From: Flaccisagitta enflata
Lineage: Eukaryota
NCBI GenBank assembly: GCA_965153355.1
Contig: OZ231126.1
Coordinates: 32,240,001-32,304,000, forward strand
Length of the DNA: 64,000 nt
Reading direction: 5' to 3'
Numbering within the stretch: position 1 is the first letter of the stretch; the number at the start of each line of letters is the position of its first letter. The position numbers and the translations under genes were made by a program. A model generated the notes under the pieces. The model did no database searches. It saw nothing but the letters and a program-made list of their open reading frames with translations, and was not told the DNA's origin. Below are positions 43,257 to 57,035 of this stretch, in pieces.

Positions 43257-44103
43257 GGGGGAGGGAAGGAATGAAAAGAAAGGACAGTTATCATCAGAGC
43301 GTGATAAAGAAAAGTCGATTATGATGTGTCTCTCGCTTTGCCTTGAGTCTAGGCTTGAGTCGGCCGCACAACTGGCCGAGATTTACTGAAAATGAAACAG
43401 ACTTTTGCAGACAGACGAAGATTGAGACAGACAAAACATGGACGGTGAAACAGCCAAGTATAGACATCTGGCCGAGATTTACTGAAAATGAAAGAGACTT
43501 TTACAGATAGACAGAAAGAGATTGAAACAGACAAAACATGGACAGCGGCGCAGAAAATAAGACCGAGAGATACAAAAGCAGATTGTAGAAAGTTAGGACA
43601 AGATATTTGGTAAAAAAGACTCGGATAGACAGGCTGCCTTATTATCAACCAGTAGTACAGTTCTAGGGGAAAAAGAATAGAAAAAAGAATATTGAAAAAG
43701 AGACAGACAGACAGATAGAAAAGGATGCTAGACCAACAGACAAAGACAGTCACATCAAGCTCAACCGATAGGAAGTCAGAGAGTTTGTCTGGGAACCATC
43801 TTGAACATTCATTTGCATAGAAAGTCCTAATGAAACGCACCGACTGATCGCAACGATAATTGTGCAAAAAAGGCACTCATTAATCGTCATCAGCTCATGG
43901 GAGAAAGCTGATTTAAATCTTTAAAAAAAAAGGCTTTTTGAGCTCATGAGGGGAGGATCTCTTTGCTAATGGGGGAAAGTTCACATGGGAGAAAGTTGTT
44001 ACAGAAAATAGCAGGTTACTTCTGGCCTTGATGATGATAGTATCGGTCCATCAGTCGGCTCGTAAGCTTTTTTAACTAAAAAAAAAAAAAAAAAAAGAAT
44101 TAA

Positions 44104-44139
<36 letters not shown>

Positions 44140-44259
44140 AAAAAAAAAAAAAAAAAAAAATCGGGATTCTTTATTTTTCCTTAGAATTAATTGGGGGATG
44201 GCGCAGGAGGTGGGTGGGGGGGGGGGTTGAGGGTGGATACTGGATTACTGGAAAGACGG

Positions 44260-44705
44260 GATGGAGGGGTTGAAGGGGTTGTAGGGGTTTTAGGGGTTGT
44301 AGGGGTTGTGGGGGTTGTGGGGGTTTGAGGGGTTGGAGGGGTTGGAGGGGTTGGAGGGGTTGGAGGGTTTGTAGAAAAAATGAATGATTATCTGCACGAT
44401 TTTGTTTACTTTCCGAATCCTCCGCCAGAGCGAATTCAATTCGAATAGCTTCGGGCCGTAATACATAAAACCCAGCCAACCCTTAGCCCTAAAGCTAACC
44501 CTGTCCCTAACCCTAACCCTTAAACTATCTCCAACCTTAACCCTAACCCTAAACCCACCCCTAACCCTAATTTAAAAAACCGCTTAAAAAGTCTTAAAAA
44601 CAAAAGATCACAGGACACAGATAATCGTACAATTGTACCGGGTTTGTAGGTGTTGGAGGAGTTGGAGGGGTTGCAGGGGTTGTAGGGGTTGAATGGATTG
44701 GAAGG
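44260..44705. repeat. 9-bp (GGGGTTGDA) array interrupted by a segment with CCCTAA-like repeats
   Basis: 9-mers at 44260-44372 and 44640-44705; degenerate TAACCC units at ~44478-44570. Confidence 0.6.
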
Positions 44706-44780
44706 GGGCGGCACTTATGACAAGATGGTGTCTTCCGCGTCTATCGTGTGCCAATGTAATATGAATCTATGTATATAATA

Positions 44781-46269
44781 CAGTACCTTCCGAGCAGACC
44801 CGACTAAATCTGGGAATAACGGACATTCTGGGGGGTGGTCCCATAGGAAATACATGGAAGGTCCTCAGGTTGTTCTCAGGTTATTCTCAGGTTATTCTCA
44901 GGTTCTTTTCAGGATCATCTTAGGCAATTTTTAGGTTATTCTCAGGTAGTCTTTTGTTGCTTTATTGTTTTGTTGTTTTGTTGTTTTTAATCTTGACATT
45001 ATTTTTTTTTCTCTTTTTCTCTTTTTCTTTTTTTTCTCTTTTACTCTCTGACATTCAACTTCATTCTCATGCCGATGCCGATGCCGTCACCGACCTTGAT
45101 CTGTTTTCCTTTCTTTCTCCATTTTTCTCTCTCATTTTTTTTACTCCATTTCATTTCTTTTTCCTCTGCCGATGCCGATGCCGATGCCAACTACTTTGTT
45201 TCTTTTGTTTCTTTTCCCCTGCCAATGCCGATGCCGACGCCGACGCCGACTGATTTGTTTGTTTGCTTTCATTTCCTTTTCTTTGTTGATGCCAAAGCTA
45301 ATGCCGATGCCGATGCCGATGCCGATGTTCTTTTTCCTTGCCATGTGCCAATGCCTATTCGAGCGTTGACTCCATCTACCTTGTCTTTTCTTCTATTTCT
45401 CTGCCGATGCCAATGCCGACGCCAATGCCGATGCCGGCGCCGGCATCGGCGTCGGCACTGCACATCCATGGATATTGCTCACCCAAAGGCTGGCTTTCCA
45501 TTTTTCTTCTCCTCAGCCTATGCCAATGCCAATGCCAATGCCGATGCCGATGCCGATGCCGATGCCGACGCCTACTGTCAGTGTCGGAATCGGCGTCAGA
45601 ATTGGAAATGCCGACGTCGACGACAATGCCGATTCTCAGGTTAATATCATAAATCCCCCAGAAAGTCCACGTCTCAAATCTGGAGGATTAATTATTGTAA
45701 CTTTTATTTTATTTCCTCATCTTTGTTTCTTGTATCTTACCTAATTAAATGATACTTAATTCCTTGAATATATTTTGCTGTCAAAAAAAAATTACTTGTG
45801 AAATCAAAATGCAGGAAGACATCAATTTGGAGTGTTCTAACCCAGACCATTGGATTTAGCAGAAAATTTTACCTTTCTTAGATAACAAAAACAGCTCAAT
45901 CAGACAATTTTTACAGGTTCTACAGCTATTTTAAGTTTTTAAGGACAATTGTCTTAAAATAATTTAGGACAATTGTCCTTAAAAATTTTAGATGGCCCTA
46001 AAACCTAAAATAATCATCTGATTGAGCTGTTCTTGTTGTCTAGGATAGGTAAAATTTTCTGCTGAATCCAATGGTCTGGGTTAGAACACTCCAAATTGAT
46101 GTCTTCATGCACTTTGATTTCACAAGTTATTTTTTTTGACAGCAAAATACGTTCAAGGAATTAAGTATCTTTTAATTAAGGTAGATACAAAAAATGAAGT
46201 TTGGGAAATGAAATTGAAATAACAAAAAATAATCCTCCAGTTTTAGCCGGGTTTGCTCGGAAGGTACTG
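44781..46269. mobile_element. Palindromic Tc1/mariner-type MITE with a nested insertion
   Basis: TA-CAGTACCTTCCGAGCAGACCCG...CGGGTTTGCTCGGAAGGTACTG-TA; arms are near-complete reverse complements centred at ~45960. Confidence 0.85.
44814..45675 (+). mobile_element. GCCGAT-rich 8-bp-TSD element, distant relative of the GTCGAC family
   Basis: TSD AAATCTGG (44806-44813, 45676-45683); GGACATTCTGGGGG / CCCCCAGAAAGTCC; same CTCAGGTTATT repeats and CTCAGGTTAAT near the 3' end. Confidence 0.8.
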
Positions 46270-46635
46270 TAGCAAAATAGAATTTGATCGCGTGAATTTT
46301 ATCAATCATCAATTTGAAATTGAAGCGAGGCCGGCATTTTTTAAAATCTTATCTCATGAATTATTAAGACTCAATTTGAGTATCTTACTTTCGTATCCTC
46401 TCTTTTAGATTTTCAATACAATTCCATTGTCGCCTACTAATACTGCGCGCGCGCACAGCCGGCTTTACTTAATGTTCTCCTAAAAACAATGAAAAATGAT
46501 CTTGGCACTTTTTTTCTTTAAAAACTTCACAAGTCCCCCTCCCTTTGACTATCTTTTTCTGACTTTTTCACTCCATCTGTCTATGTGTCCGCGTGTCTGT
46601 CTGTGTGTCTGTCTGTGAGTCTGTCTGTCTTTTTA

Positions 46636-46713
<78 letters not shown>

Positions 46714-46717
46714 GTTC

Positions 46718-46795
<78 letters not shown>

Positions 46796-46913
46796 TTTTC
46801 AGTTTTGATTTTTTCAATTTTTATTCATCGCCTTAATCTTGTCTCCATTTTCTCACCGTCATTTCTCAATTTTCTACTTTTCCTCTTCCTCCTCCTCCTC
46901 CTCCTCCTCTTCA

Positions 46914-47160
46914 ACAACCACCACCACCACCACCACCACCCCTACCTCCACCACCATCCCCACCACCACAACGGCACCACCACCACCACCACCACCACCA
47001 CCACCACCACCACCACCACCACCACCACCACCACCACCACCACCACCACCACCACCACCACCACCACCACCACCACCACCACCACCACCACCACCACCAC
47101 CAACACCACCACCACCACCACCACCACCACCACCACCACCACCACCACCACCACCACCAT
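46914..47160. repeat. (CAC)n microsatellite
   Basis: Direct. Confidence 0.95.
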
Positions 47161-47646
47161 CACCTTCTTTTTGAGTTTCTTTAACTTTCGTTTCAGATTT
47201 AATCTCCTTTAAGAAAAAAAGGAGATTTTCATCTTTCTTCAAATTTTCATCCTCCAAAAATTGCCCCTTAAAAGTTAAACTCAAAACTATTTACTGGAAC
47301 TTCCCCGTCACTTTTGGAAATTTTGGAGGTTTGTCGCTTTGGGGTGTATGTTATGAAAGAAAAGAGCGTCACGAGTGAAGGAACTGAACCAGTTGATTAC
47401 AAGATCGCGACAAAATCGCCAACCTGCCCGGCACAGAGGCCCCATCAAGCGTATTACTCCGACCTATCACAAATCCGCCCTTACAAAGTGGTTAATTTGG
47501 AGCCCACAACAAGCGTATTATTCGAATCTATCACTTATCACCCACATATGGCCTTATTCTCTTACACCGGTTATTTGGAGCCCCCCATCTAGCGTTCATC
47601 TCCAATCTATCACCAAACACCCAAATTTGCCTTAATTCATCCACAT

Positions 47647-50497
47647 TAGGGCCAACGGTTTTTGCACTGTAATGAGCTGGTGCCCATTCCTGCGAATTTT
47701 TTTCACATACCACATCTACACTATTGAAAACTAACCATTTTAGGACTTTTTAGGCTGATTTAGAGGGGGCGGATTTGATATCTTGACCTGAATTAAGCAG
47801 TGGTGGTGGTTCATTCTTGTTTTTTAGGTCATTTTGAACTCAAAATCGGGCCACTTAAGAAAAAGGACAAAAAATCCATGAGATTGTACAACTAGAGCTC
47901 AAGATCTAACCAGTGGTGCAATCCGCATGTTTCTATCATTTTTTGTTTAGATTTGAGAGCATTTCAAAGATGAAAGAGTGTGAATGGAAGATAGCAGCTT
48001 CAATTTCAGTGGCAATTTTGACATTTTTCACAAATTTCTATATTTTGCGGCTTTGGATGAACCAATCTGCATAAATTGGTGATCAAATTGAAGAGTTTTT
48101 CCTATTCTAACTGATGGTAAAAAAGTTTTTGATCAATATTCCCCCTAAAAAATTTTAAAGACTGTAGAAACAGGTGCAGAAAAGTCGATTTTTTTTTGCA
48201 AATTGGCCAGTTTTGAACAAAAAATTAGGTCACTTCCAATCCATAAAAAGACTTGAAATCCATAAGCAAAATAAAGTACTGCTCAGGAGCTAACCAGTGG
48301 TGCAATCGGCGTGTCAATTCGTTTGTGCGTTCAGATTTTATAGAACTTCAAAGATCAAAAGTAATGTCAAAATGACAGTTTTTGGGTGTTTTAGCCGGTT
48401 TGGCTTCAATTTTGGGCCTTTTTAGTCGCTGCCTAAGCGACTCTATAAGAGGGTGTGCCCCTTGGTCTGTCTGAGTGTCCGTCTGGAACGCGAAAATTTT
48501 GATGACGCGAAATCGACTGAAAAACGGATTTCTGACCATCACAGCTCCTGCCTAGCGTCAGTACAGCCCCCGCCCACACATGTACTGCCCCTGCCCACTC
48601 GCATTACTGCCCTGCCCATCAGCAGCGACTACGGATTGGCCGTGTATCCGGCCTTGTTATCATAGAAATCGATGAAAAAATCCATGAGATTGTAAAACTA
48701 GAGCTCGAGAGCCAACCATTGGTGCAATCCGCATGTTTTCATCTTTATTCGCTGAGATTTGATAGCATTTCAAAGATGGAAGGGTAGGAAGGTCAAAATG
48801 CAGCTTTAACTTCAGTGGCAGTTTAGACCTTTTTAGACATTTATAGTTCGCGGCTTTGGATGGACCAATCTGCATAAATTTGGTGATCAAATCGAAGAGT
48901 GTTTCCTGTTCTAGCTGATGGTAAAAAAATTTTTGATCCATATTCCCCAGAAAAATTTTTAGAGACTGTAGATGCTGGTGCAAAAAAGTTGATCTTTTTG
49001 TAAATTGGGCAATTTTGGATTCAACCACTTCCGATTTCAAAAGAGACCTAAAATCCTGAGCATAATAATCCATGAGAAAAATAAAGTCCTGCTCATGAGC
49101 TAACCAGCGGTGCAATTGGCGTGTCAATACCTTTTTGCATTTAAATTCTATAGAACTTTAAAGATCAAAGGGTATGTTAAAATGATGGCTAAAATACTAG
49201 AAAAATGTCGTTTTGACATACACTTCAATCTTTGAAGTTCTATAAAATCTAAATGCAAAAAAGTATTGACACGCTGGTTAGCTCTTGAGCTGTACTTTAT
49301 TTTGCTCATGGATTTTAGGTCTTTTTTAAAATCGGAAGTGGTTGAATTTTTCATTCAAAATTGCACAATTTACAAAAAGATTGACTTTTATGCACCAGTT
49401 TCTACAGTCTCTAAATTTTTTTTGGGGGAATATCAATCATAAATTTCTTTACCATCAGCTAGAGGAAGAAAAACTCTTCCATTGGATCACCAATTCTATG
49501 CAGATTGGTCCATCCAAAGCCGCCAAATATTGAAATTTGTAAAAAATGTCAAAACTGCCACTGTAGTTAAAGCTGCATTTTGACCTACATACCCTTTTAT
49601 TTTTGAAATGCTCTCAAATCTCAACAAATAAAGATGAAAACATGCGGATTGCATCACTGGTTAGCTCTTGAGCTCTAGTTGTACAATCTCATGGAGTTTT
49701 TCATCGCTTTCCATGCCAGAAAGGCCCAAAATTGAGGCCAAACTGGCCAAAACACCCAAAAACTGTCATTTTGACATACCCTTTGACCTTTGAAGTTCTA
49801 TGAAATCTAAATGCAAAAACGTATTGACATGCCGATTGCACCACTGGTTAGCTCCTGAGCAGGACTTTATTTTTCACATGGATTTTAAGTCTGTTTATGA
49901 ATCGGAAGTGACCTAATTTTTCATCCAAAATTGGCCAATTTGCAAAAAAAAATCGACTTTTTTGCACCTGCTTCTACAGTCTCTAAAATCTTTTGGGGGG
50001 AATATCGATCAAAAACTTTTTTGCCATCAGCTAGAATAGGAAAAACTCTTCAATTTGATCACCAATTTTATGCAGATTGGTTCATCCAAAGCCGCAAAAT
50101 ATAGAAATTTATGAAAAATGTCAAAATTGCCACTGAAATTGAAGCTGCAATTTTCCATTCACACTCTTTCATCTTTGAAATGCTCTCAAATCTAAACAAA
50201 AAATGATAGAAACATGTGGATTGCACCACTGGTTAAATCTTGAGCTCTAGTTTTACAATCTCATGGATTTTTTGTTATATTTCCTATGCAAAGTGGCCCG
50301 ATTTTGAGTTCAAAATGACCTAAAAAACAAGAATGAACCACCACCACCGCTTAATTCAGGTCAAGATATCAAATCCGCCCCCTCTAAATCAGCCTAAAAA
50401 GTTCTATAATGGTTAGTTTTCAATAGTGTAGATGTGGTATGTGCAAAAAATTCACAGGGGGTACCAGCTCATAACAGTGCAAAAACCGTTGGCCCTA
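47647..50497. mobile_element. 2.85-kb fully palindromic (foldback) hAT-like element
   Basis: TIR TAGGGCCAACGGTTTTTGCACTGT / ACAGTGCAAAAACCGTTGGCCCTA; TSD ATCCACAT (47639-47646, 50498-50505); each arm holds two ~570-bp units; centre ~49200. Confidence 0.85.
48419..48658 (+). mobile_element. HINE-like family A inserted in the left arm of the foldback element
   Basis: TTTTTAGTCGCTGCCTAAGCGACT...GGCCGTGTATCCGGCCTTGTT; absent from the mirror position (~49725). Confidence 0.8.
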
Positions 50498-50627
50498 ATC
50501 CACATTAAGGCAAACCTGGGGCCCCCATCAAGCGCATTAGTTCAACCTATCACCAAAATCCGCCCTAACTCACCTACGCAGAGGCTTCTTTGGAGCCCCT
50601 CTTGAACATCAAGTGTATTACTCCAAC

Positions 50628-51809
50628 CATAGGTGTCACGATTTTTTGTTTTTCAGTATCGACCAGGTCGATCCCAAAACAAGTATCTTCTCAGTATCGA
50701 CCATAGGTCGATTTTTTGCTAGTTAGACCTTTCCCAAGTACAAATGCTGTTTACTGTCAGAGTAACATGTTTTAGATACCAACCTGTATCACAAGACTAG
50801 TTATTTGAGATTTTTTACCTTGGCCTTGTAAGTTTGTAGTTAACATGCAACTAAAAAAAAACGACGCACTTTTGGATAACTAATTTTACCTATAACTCCT
50901 ACTAAAACTAATCAAAATCTTAGACCATCTGAAAGTTAAAAGTACTTTCATTTGGCACCCATCTGGTATTGCTATCTTTCTTCGTTTAGAAATGGCATTA
51001 GTTTGAGTGAAAACGTTGCTCATTTCAGCATTGTGACCCATAAATAAAAATGCATTCTAGCAAATTGATGTTTGTCTTTGCAGGGCTCTAGCTTCTAAAC
51101 CGTTTGAGATACAGACTTAGAACTGGTCTAAATTAAAAGATTTTTTAAGAATCTTCCACAATGTTTTCTTTAAAAAATAGTTAAGATTGATTTTTATGTC
51201 TGTTCTATTAACCAATAAAGAGATGCGCTTTTTTTTTTTTAACCGAGTGGCATTTGTAGTTGATACAAAAAAAAAGAGTGAAAAAAGCACTCCTTGGGAG
51301 TGGGAGAAAACTTTAAAATTCTTTTTTTTTTTGGTGTATACTGTATAACAGGCTTTGTCCGTCCATCTGTCGGTCTATCTGTCACTCATGTTGAAAACGA
51401 GAAGACCCGCATTTATGAAACTGCAGTTGTTTCTACCCTTTGTCCAAGCGCATACTCGGAAAGGCATTTTTTTTCTGAAAGGGGTAATATTTTGAATGAA
51501 AAGCAACCTCGATCTCTATAATTTTCTGCGCCTTGTAACTTTTTAAACAAAGAAAATTGTTTTCAATTCGTTCATTATTCTATTTTTGGTTATTCAATGT
51601 CAAAGGAATTCAGTTTTATAACCTTTTTTTTCTTAATTTACTCAGAGATCAGACTAACTAAATTAGTGCTAGCTTCCTTTGCACCAGAAAAAAAGACAAA
51701 AAAAAAATCGACCCGATACATTTGTGCTTTGGTGAATCAGGAAGATTTTTTTGAAATATAGAAAATCGACCAGATTAATCGTCTAGGCGATAGTATCGTG
51801 ACACCTCTG
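50628..51809. mobile_element. 8-bp-TSD (hAT/P-like) non-autonomous element with internal fragments of other repeats
   Basis: TIR CATAGGTGTCACGAT / ATCGTGACACCTCTG; TSD ACTCCAAC (50620-50627, 51810-51817); subterminal TCGAC/ATCG motifs; 50850-51210 resembles 37840-38120. Confidence 0.8.
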
Positions 51810-52406
51810 ACTCCAACTAATCACCAAAACAAACACCCAAATCAATTTACACAACCTTTGCAGCTGCAGCTTCAGACTCCGTACTTTTTGGCATCCGCTG
51901 ACGTGCGACTTTTATCGCAAAGGAACACCGTTCAAATGTATTTCAAATTGATGGGAAGCGGATGGACCTTTCACCTTTTAGAACACAAATAAAACGACAA
52001 TGATGAATCAGATAATTTCTTTCCCAAATATCGGATGAAAAGAAAAGAAAAAGAAAAGTTTTTATGCCAGATCGTGTCATAGATATTTTCACATTATCGA
52101 TAGAATAAAGCAATATCTTTGAATCTTACAAAACCATTAGACATTCTTTGGCTACCTAAACTCTGACAGGCGTTAAATTGACAAGTCTATCATTAGTCAC
52201 CATCAGAGATTAGGTATCGAGATCCGGCAATCCGTGTAACGGATAGGATACATGGGATAACGGATAACGGATAAATCACCATGAAAACCGATCCTTCCTC
52301 TTCCTCCTCCTCCTCCTCTTCTTCCTCTTCTTTCTTCTCCTTCTCTTCTATTCTTCCAAGATCCTTTGTTTCTTTAAGTCGATCTTATACCGCTTCTGGT
52401 GTGTGT

Positions 52407-52463
<57 letters not shown>

Positions 52464-52554
52464 CTCTCGCTTTTAACAGTGTTTAGGCCAAAGTATGATA
52501 GGTGGAACAATATACTTCTCTCTACCCTAACTGAAATGAATAGAAGAGGGCCTT

Positions 52555-52712
52555 GTATAGTAAGTATAGTAACTATAGAAAGTGAAGTAAGAATAGTAAG
52601 AATAGTAAGCATAGTAAGTATAGTAAGTATAATAAGTATAGTAAGTATAGTAAGTATAGTAAGTATAGTAAGTATAGTAAGTATAGTAAGTATAGTAAGT
52701 ATAGTAGTATAG
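52555..52712. repeat. 9-bp tandem repeat (AGTATAGTA)n
   Basis: Direct. Confidence 0.9.
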
Positions 52713-54492
52713 TGGTAATGCTGTCTATCTTTCATAACTAGGATTTCCATAAGTCAAATGCAATGAACCTTTTACAAAATCTGTTCCTTTTACTTAGATA
52801 ATGTGTAACCTTATATGATTAACGTCCAGTTATTTAGGGATAACGACCTTAGCATAAAATGGCGGATTTTTACCATATAACGACCTCATAACGGCCGACC
52901 ACTGACGCTCAGTAACGCTAATCTCTGGTCACCATCAACCCATTGCATAACGACTTCTGTAGTAACGCCATTTCCGGTATTCTCCATGGCAACGTAACGC
53001 CATTTTGGCGTCTATATGGCGTTATTTGAGGCGTTATTTTAGTTGTCATTGCTGTCACTTTTTTCTCCATCTTTTTTACTCATTATGGATTTTTTGTGAT
53101 CATTTGAAAAAAAAACCTAAAGATAGTAAGAATGTCATATAATATGTTTATCATTAATAATGATTTTTTTCATTTTTTATAATTCACTTTTCAGTTTACA
53201 ATAATCCATTTTTTTGCATTTTTGACACGATTTTTGGCGGTTTAATACGGTATAAGAGAACGCCACGGAATATCTCTATCAACAGGTTGATTCAGATTTT
53301 GTCAATCAGTTTTTTGATGTTTGTCAATTTCAGGTAGAACAACATACAACTGTTGCTGCCTTATTGGCAGTACTCACCACTGCACTACCCCCACCCCTCC
53401 TTGTGCTTTGGCTGCCTTATTGTTAGTACTCACCACTGCACCACCCCACCTCGCGCAACCACTGCTCCCTACCATTGCTCAACCAATTCACCGCCCCCCC
53501 CTCCCCAAATCCCACACAATGCCAATTTTTTTCAAAACAAGAATTGCGTCACAGAAATGATCGAAAAAAACGATAAAAAAACAAAAAAAAAAAACAAAAC
53601 AAATCAAAAGGCAAAATAATACGAGAAAGAAGAAATGAAAATAGGGAAATCCCATAAAAAGTTGTGTAATGATGTTGTTCAGCTTTTCCGTCTTTCTTTT
53701 CCTTTTGGCGATAAGCAAAACGACTTTTTTATGATAGGAAAAAAAAAAGCCTAAAATGTTAGGAGGTCAGATGTTCCCGTATCATTTTGAAAAAAAAAGA
53801 TATGATTAGGGAAGTGGATGTGGTCTATTTACGAGCGGCTGCCATCACTTCTTCCCCCGCTTCTACTTCCATTCTACAATGCAAATGTCAGTAACTTTCT
53901 CGTGATCCAATTATTTCTCATTCATTTTTTGGATGCTTCCTTGCATCTCTAGAAGAGGGTCTGTCAGTCCGTCCGTCCGTCCACCCGTTACGCCTCTTGG
54001 AAAATCGCATTTCTTGGTTGTTTTTGGCCACGATGAGTCGGTAAGATCGTGTAATGAATCGAAAGATCGATACCTTGAGTCTCTACCGACCGTTATGTCA
54101 GAAATTCAAGCAATCTGTCTGTTCATTCATCTGTCTGTTATCACCCAGAATCAGCGCGAAATTCACGCCTCGCAATGACACAATCAGAAAGCATCGTTGC
54201 CCGGTCGGGCTTGTACATAATTTGTTGCTGGTTAAAAGCTTTCATTGATAACGGGATAGTAAGGTGTTAAATGGATTTTTGATGAGAACCAAATCTAGGT
54301 CTGTAAGCGTGCGCGGCAAATCCCTGAATTCTACAGGATTTTGCCCACTAAAAGCCCACTGCCTGAATGTCTACCAGGTTTATATTCAGTTCAGAAGTCG
54401 AGAATGCGGCTCCATCGATTGCTGTTATTGATCAATTGGTCAATTGGTCGTTGTTTGTCTTCAGTAGTATGAATGAAAACATCTATTTTCTC

Positions 54493-55304
54493 GAGTCATG
54501 GACAGTCCTGGGGCGGTAGCCATAGTAATTCTATGGAGCCTTCTCAGGTAACTCTCAGGTTATTCTCAGGTAACTCTCAGGTAATTCTCAGGTTATTCTC
54601 AGATTATTCTCAGGTGATTCAAAGGTTGTTTCCAGGATTTTTTTGGTAATTCCAAGGTCATTTTCAAGATTTCAATGGTAATCTTGGGTGTGGAAAGGAT
54701 AAACTGATTATCTACACATTTCATAGTGGGGGGGAAGAAGGAAATTGGCTTGCCGACGTCGACGTCGATGTCGACACATGACAAGATCTTTGTTACATCT
54801 GTTTTCTCATTACTGCCGCCTATGCCGACGTCGACGTCGACGTCGATTCAGGGTATAGTTTTTTATTTTTTAACTTTTTCCTATGCTTTTTACGCCGATG
54901 TCGAGGTCGATGTCGACGCAATGCAAGGTTTTATACAATATTTTATGCGTAAAACTAACGCACGTCGACGTCGACTTAGGGTATAATCTTTTCACTTTTT
55001 AAGTCATTCAAATGCTGCATAAGTCGACGTCGACGTCGACATTGACATCATCATCAACGACATCAACAAAAAAAGTCCATTATCCCCATAAAATGTTTTG
55101 CATGTCGACGTCGATGTCGACGTCAATGTCGACCGTTATCCTAATGTCTTTTTTTTAAGTTGCATATCAATATGAGAATATGAGAATATATGTCACCGAT
55201 GACGACAATGACAACAACAATGACAATGTCGATGTCGACGTCGACAGCGATGTCGACAACAACTCTCAGGTTAATTCACATAGCCCCCTGACTGTCCATG
55301 TCAG
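54493..55304 (+). mobile_element. GTCGAC-rich 8-bp-TSD element, copy 2
   Basis: TSD ATTTTCTC (54485-54492, 55305-55312); highly similar to 30897-31739. Confidence 0.85.
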
Positions 55305-56913
55305 ATTTTCTCCGAAACATGGGGCATTGTAACACTTTTTGGTTGTACAAAACAGAGCGGGACGTCCAAGAATTTAACGATTACAGAGTGCTTCAAGTCA
55401 GTTTATAGACAGCTTGTGAATGGCAGACCGATATTAAGAAGAGCAATTACAATTGAGAAGTTTCGACGGTATCACTGTCTGTCAGTCTGTTTATTTCCCT
55501 GTCTATTTCCCAGTGTCTCTGTTTGTCTCGCTTTCTTAGTTTGGTTATGCCCTATCGGCCAATGAATGATAAAAGGGAGTTCAAATAAAGGCTATTATTC
55601 TCACGCTTTCATAATCTTGTCTGATATATATCTTATTTGTCTCCAGTTTTTTTTCTTTTCATATCTGTGTTCACTTTTTGAGGGATCACATTCATACAAT
55701 TTATTGTTTAGGCTTTCCATAGAAATCCAACAAACAACGATGTAAGCACTCGACCTCTTGGTATTTGCTTTTAAATAGACATTTATCTTTACTTTAGGAG
55801 CGCAGTCAATGCACGTTTTTTGTGCGCCCTGACTAGTTGCTTTATAAAGAGAAACAATGCGTCTTTTGTCTAGATTTTTTCGACCCTTCAAGGTGGACAT
55901 TAGTCTACAGCGCCACAGCTAAGATTTGATTTATGAGTTTGTGCATTTGTCTCATTTCAAGCCCGCATTTTTCCAGGACTTTGATAGTGTAAAAAACATA
56001 TGAAAAACATCATTTCTAGGATGTTTAAAGAAATTTATAAATAGATCTGCAAAGTTTTTTGAAATTGTTTTCTGAGAATCATCATCCATGTGTGATACAA
56101 ATAAAAGAATTAAGAAAGGAGCATTGATGGACACTTTTACCACTTTTTTGCTATATCTATAGGAGAAAGCGCTTTTCTTAACTACTCATTTTCATAAGCT
56201 GGGTCACCACTAGTGAAAGGAAGTAGCAAAACAATTTTGTTGCACTGACAATTGGACACCCTAAGGTGCACCTGAGCTTAACTGCTGAGGTTTTTTTATG
56301 AACTGCTCTCAGAAATTGAGAAAAAACAGTGTAAAAGGTAAAATAATCATTTTAAAGGTTGACTGCACCCTTAGTCGGATGTTTGTTACACTTTTCTTTC
56401 AACCGAGCTCCGACCCTTTAGCAACTTCAATTTGAAAATTTTACAAGACGTAAAAACGATAAATCATGACGGTGCACCAAACGATTAGCAACGTGAGATT
56501 GGTTAAATTCATTTACATTTAAACCGCAGGATTTGAACATTTCTAAAAACGCGTCAAATTCAATCCTAGCGCAGTCTTTGTTTTGAAAACATTTCATTGG
56601 CAACGATGTTCCCCTCACAGTTCTTTGCCTCAACACGGCCTCTTTAGAGCTGACTTTGACATTGGTGATAACTTTAAGTGATAACGTCCACATTGCTTGT
56701 TGGCCGTCTGTGGCAGTCTTGGCACTAACGCGTTGACGATGACTTGCAGCAAAGTAAACCCATTGTCCTCGGTACCAATGGGTCTTGTTTGAGGAGAGAA
56801 AAAATCCTTTCCAATGGAAGAAAATCTCGAACAAGAAAAAAGAAAAACTTTTTCTTTCGCATTTTTGGTGAATGGAGTGTTCATGCAATAACCACCCTCG
56901 AAGAAACAGAAAA

Positions 56914-57035
<122 letters not shown>

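Noticed and set aside
55590-56375. Possible TTAA-type (Kolobok/piggyBac) element
   Set aside because: No matching pair of termini or TSD could be identified
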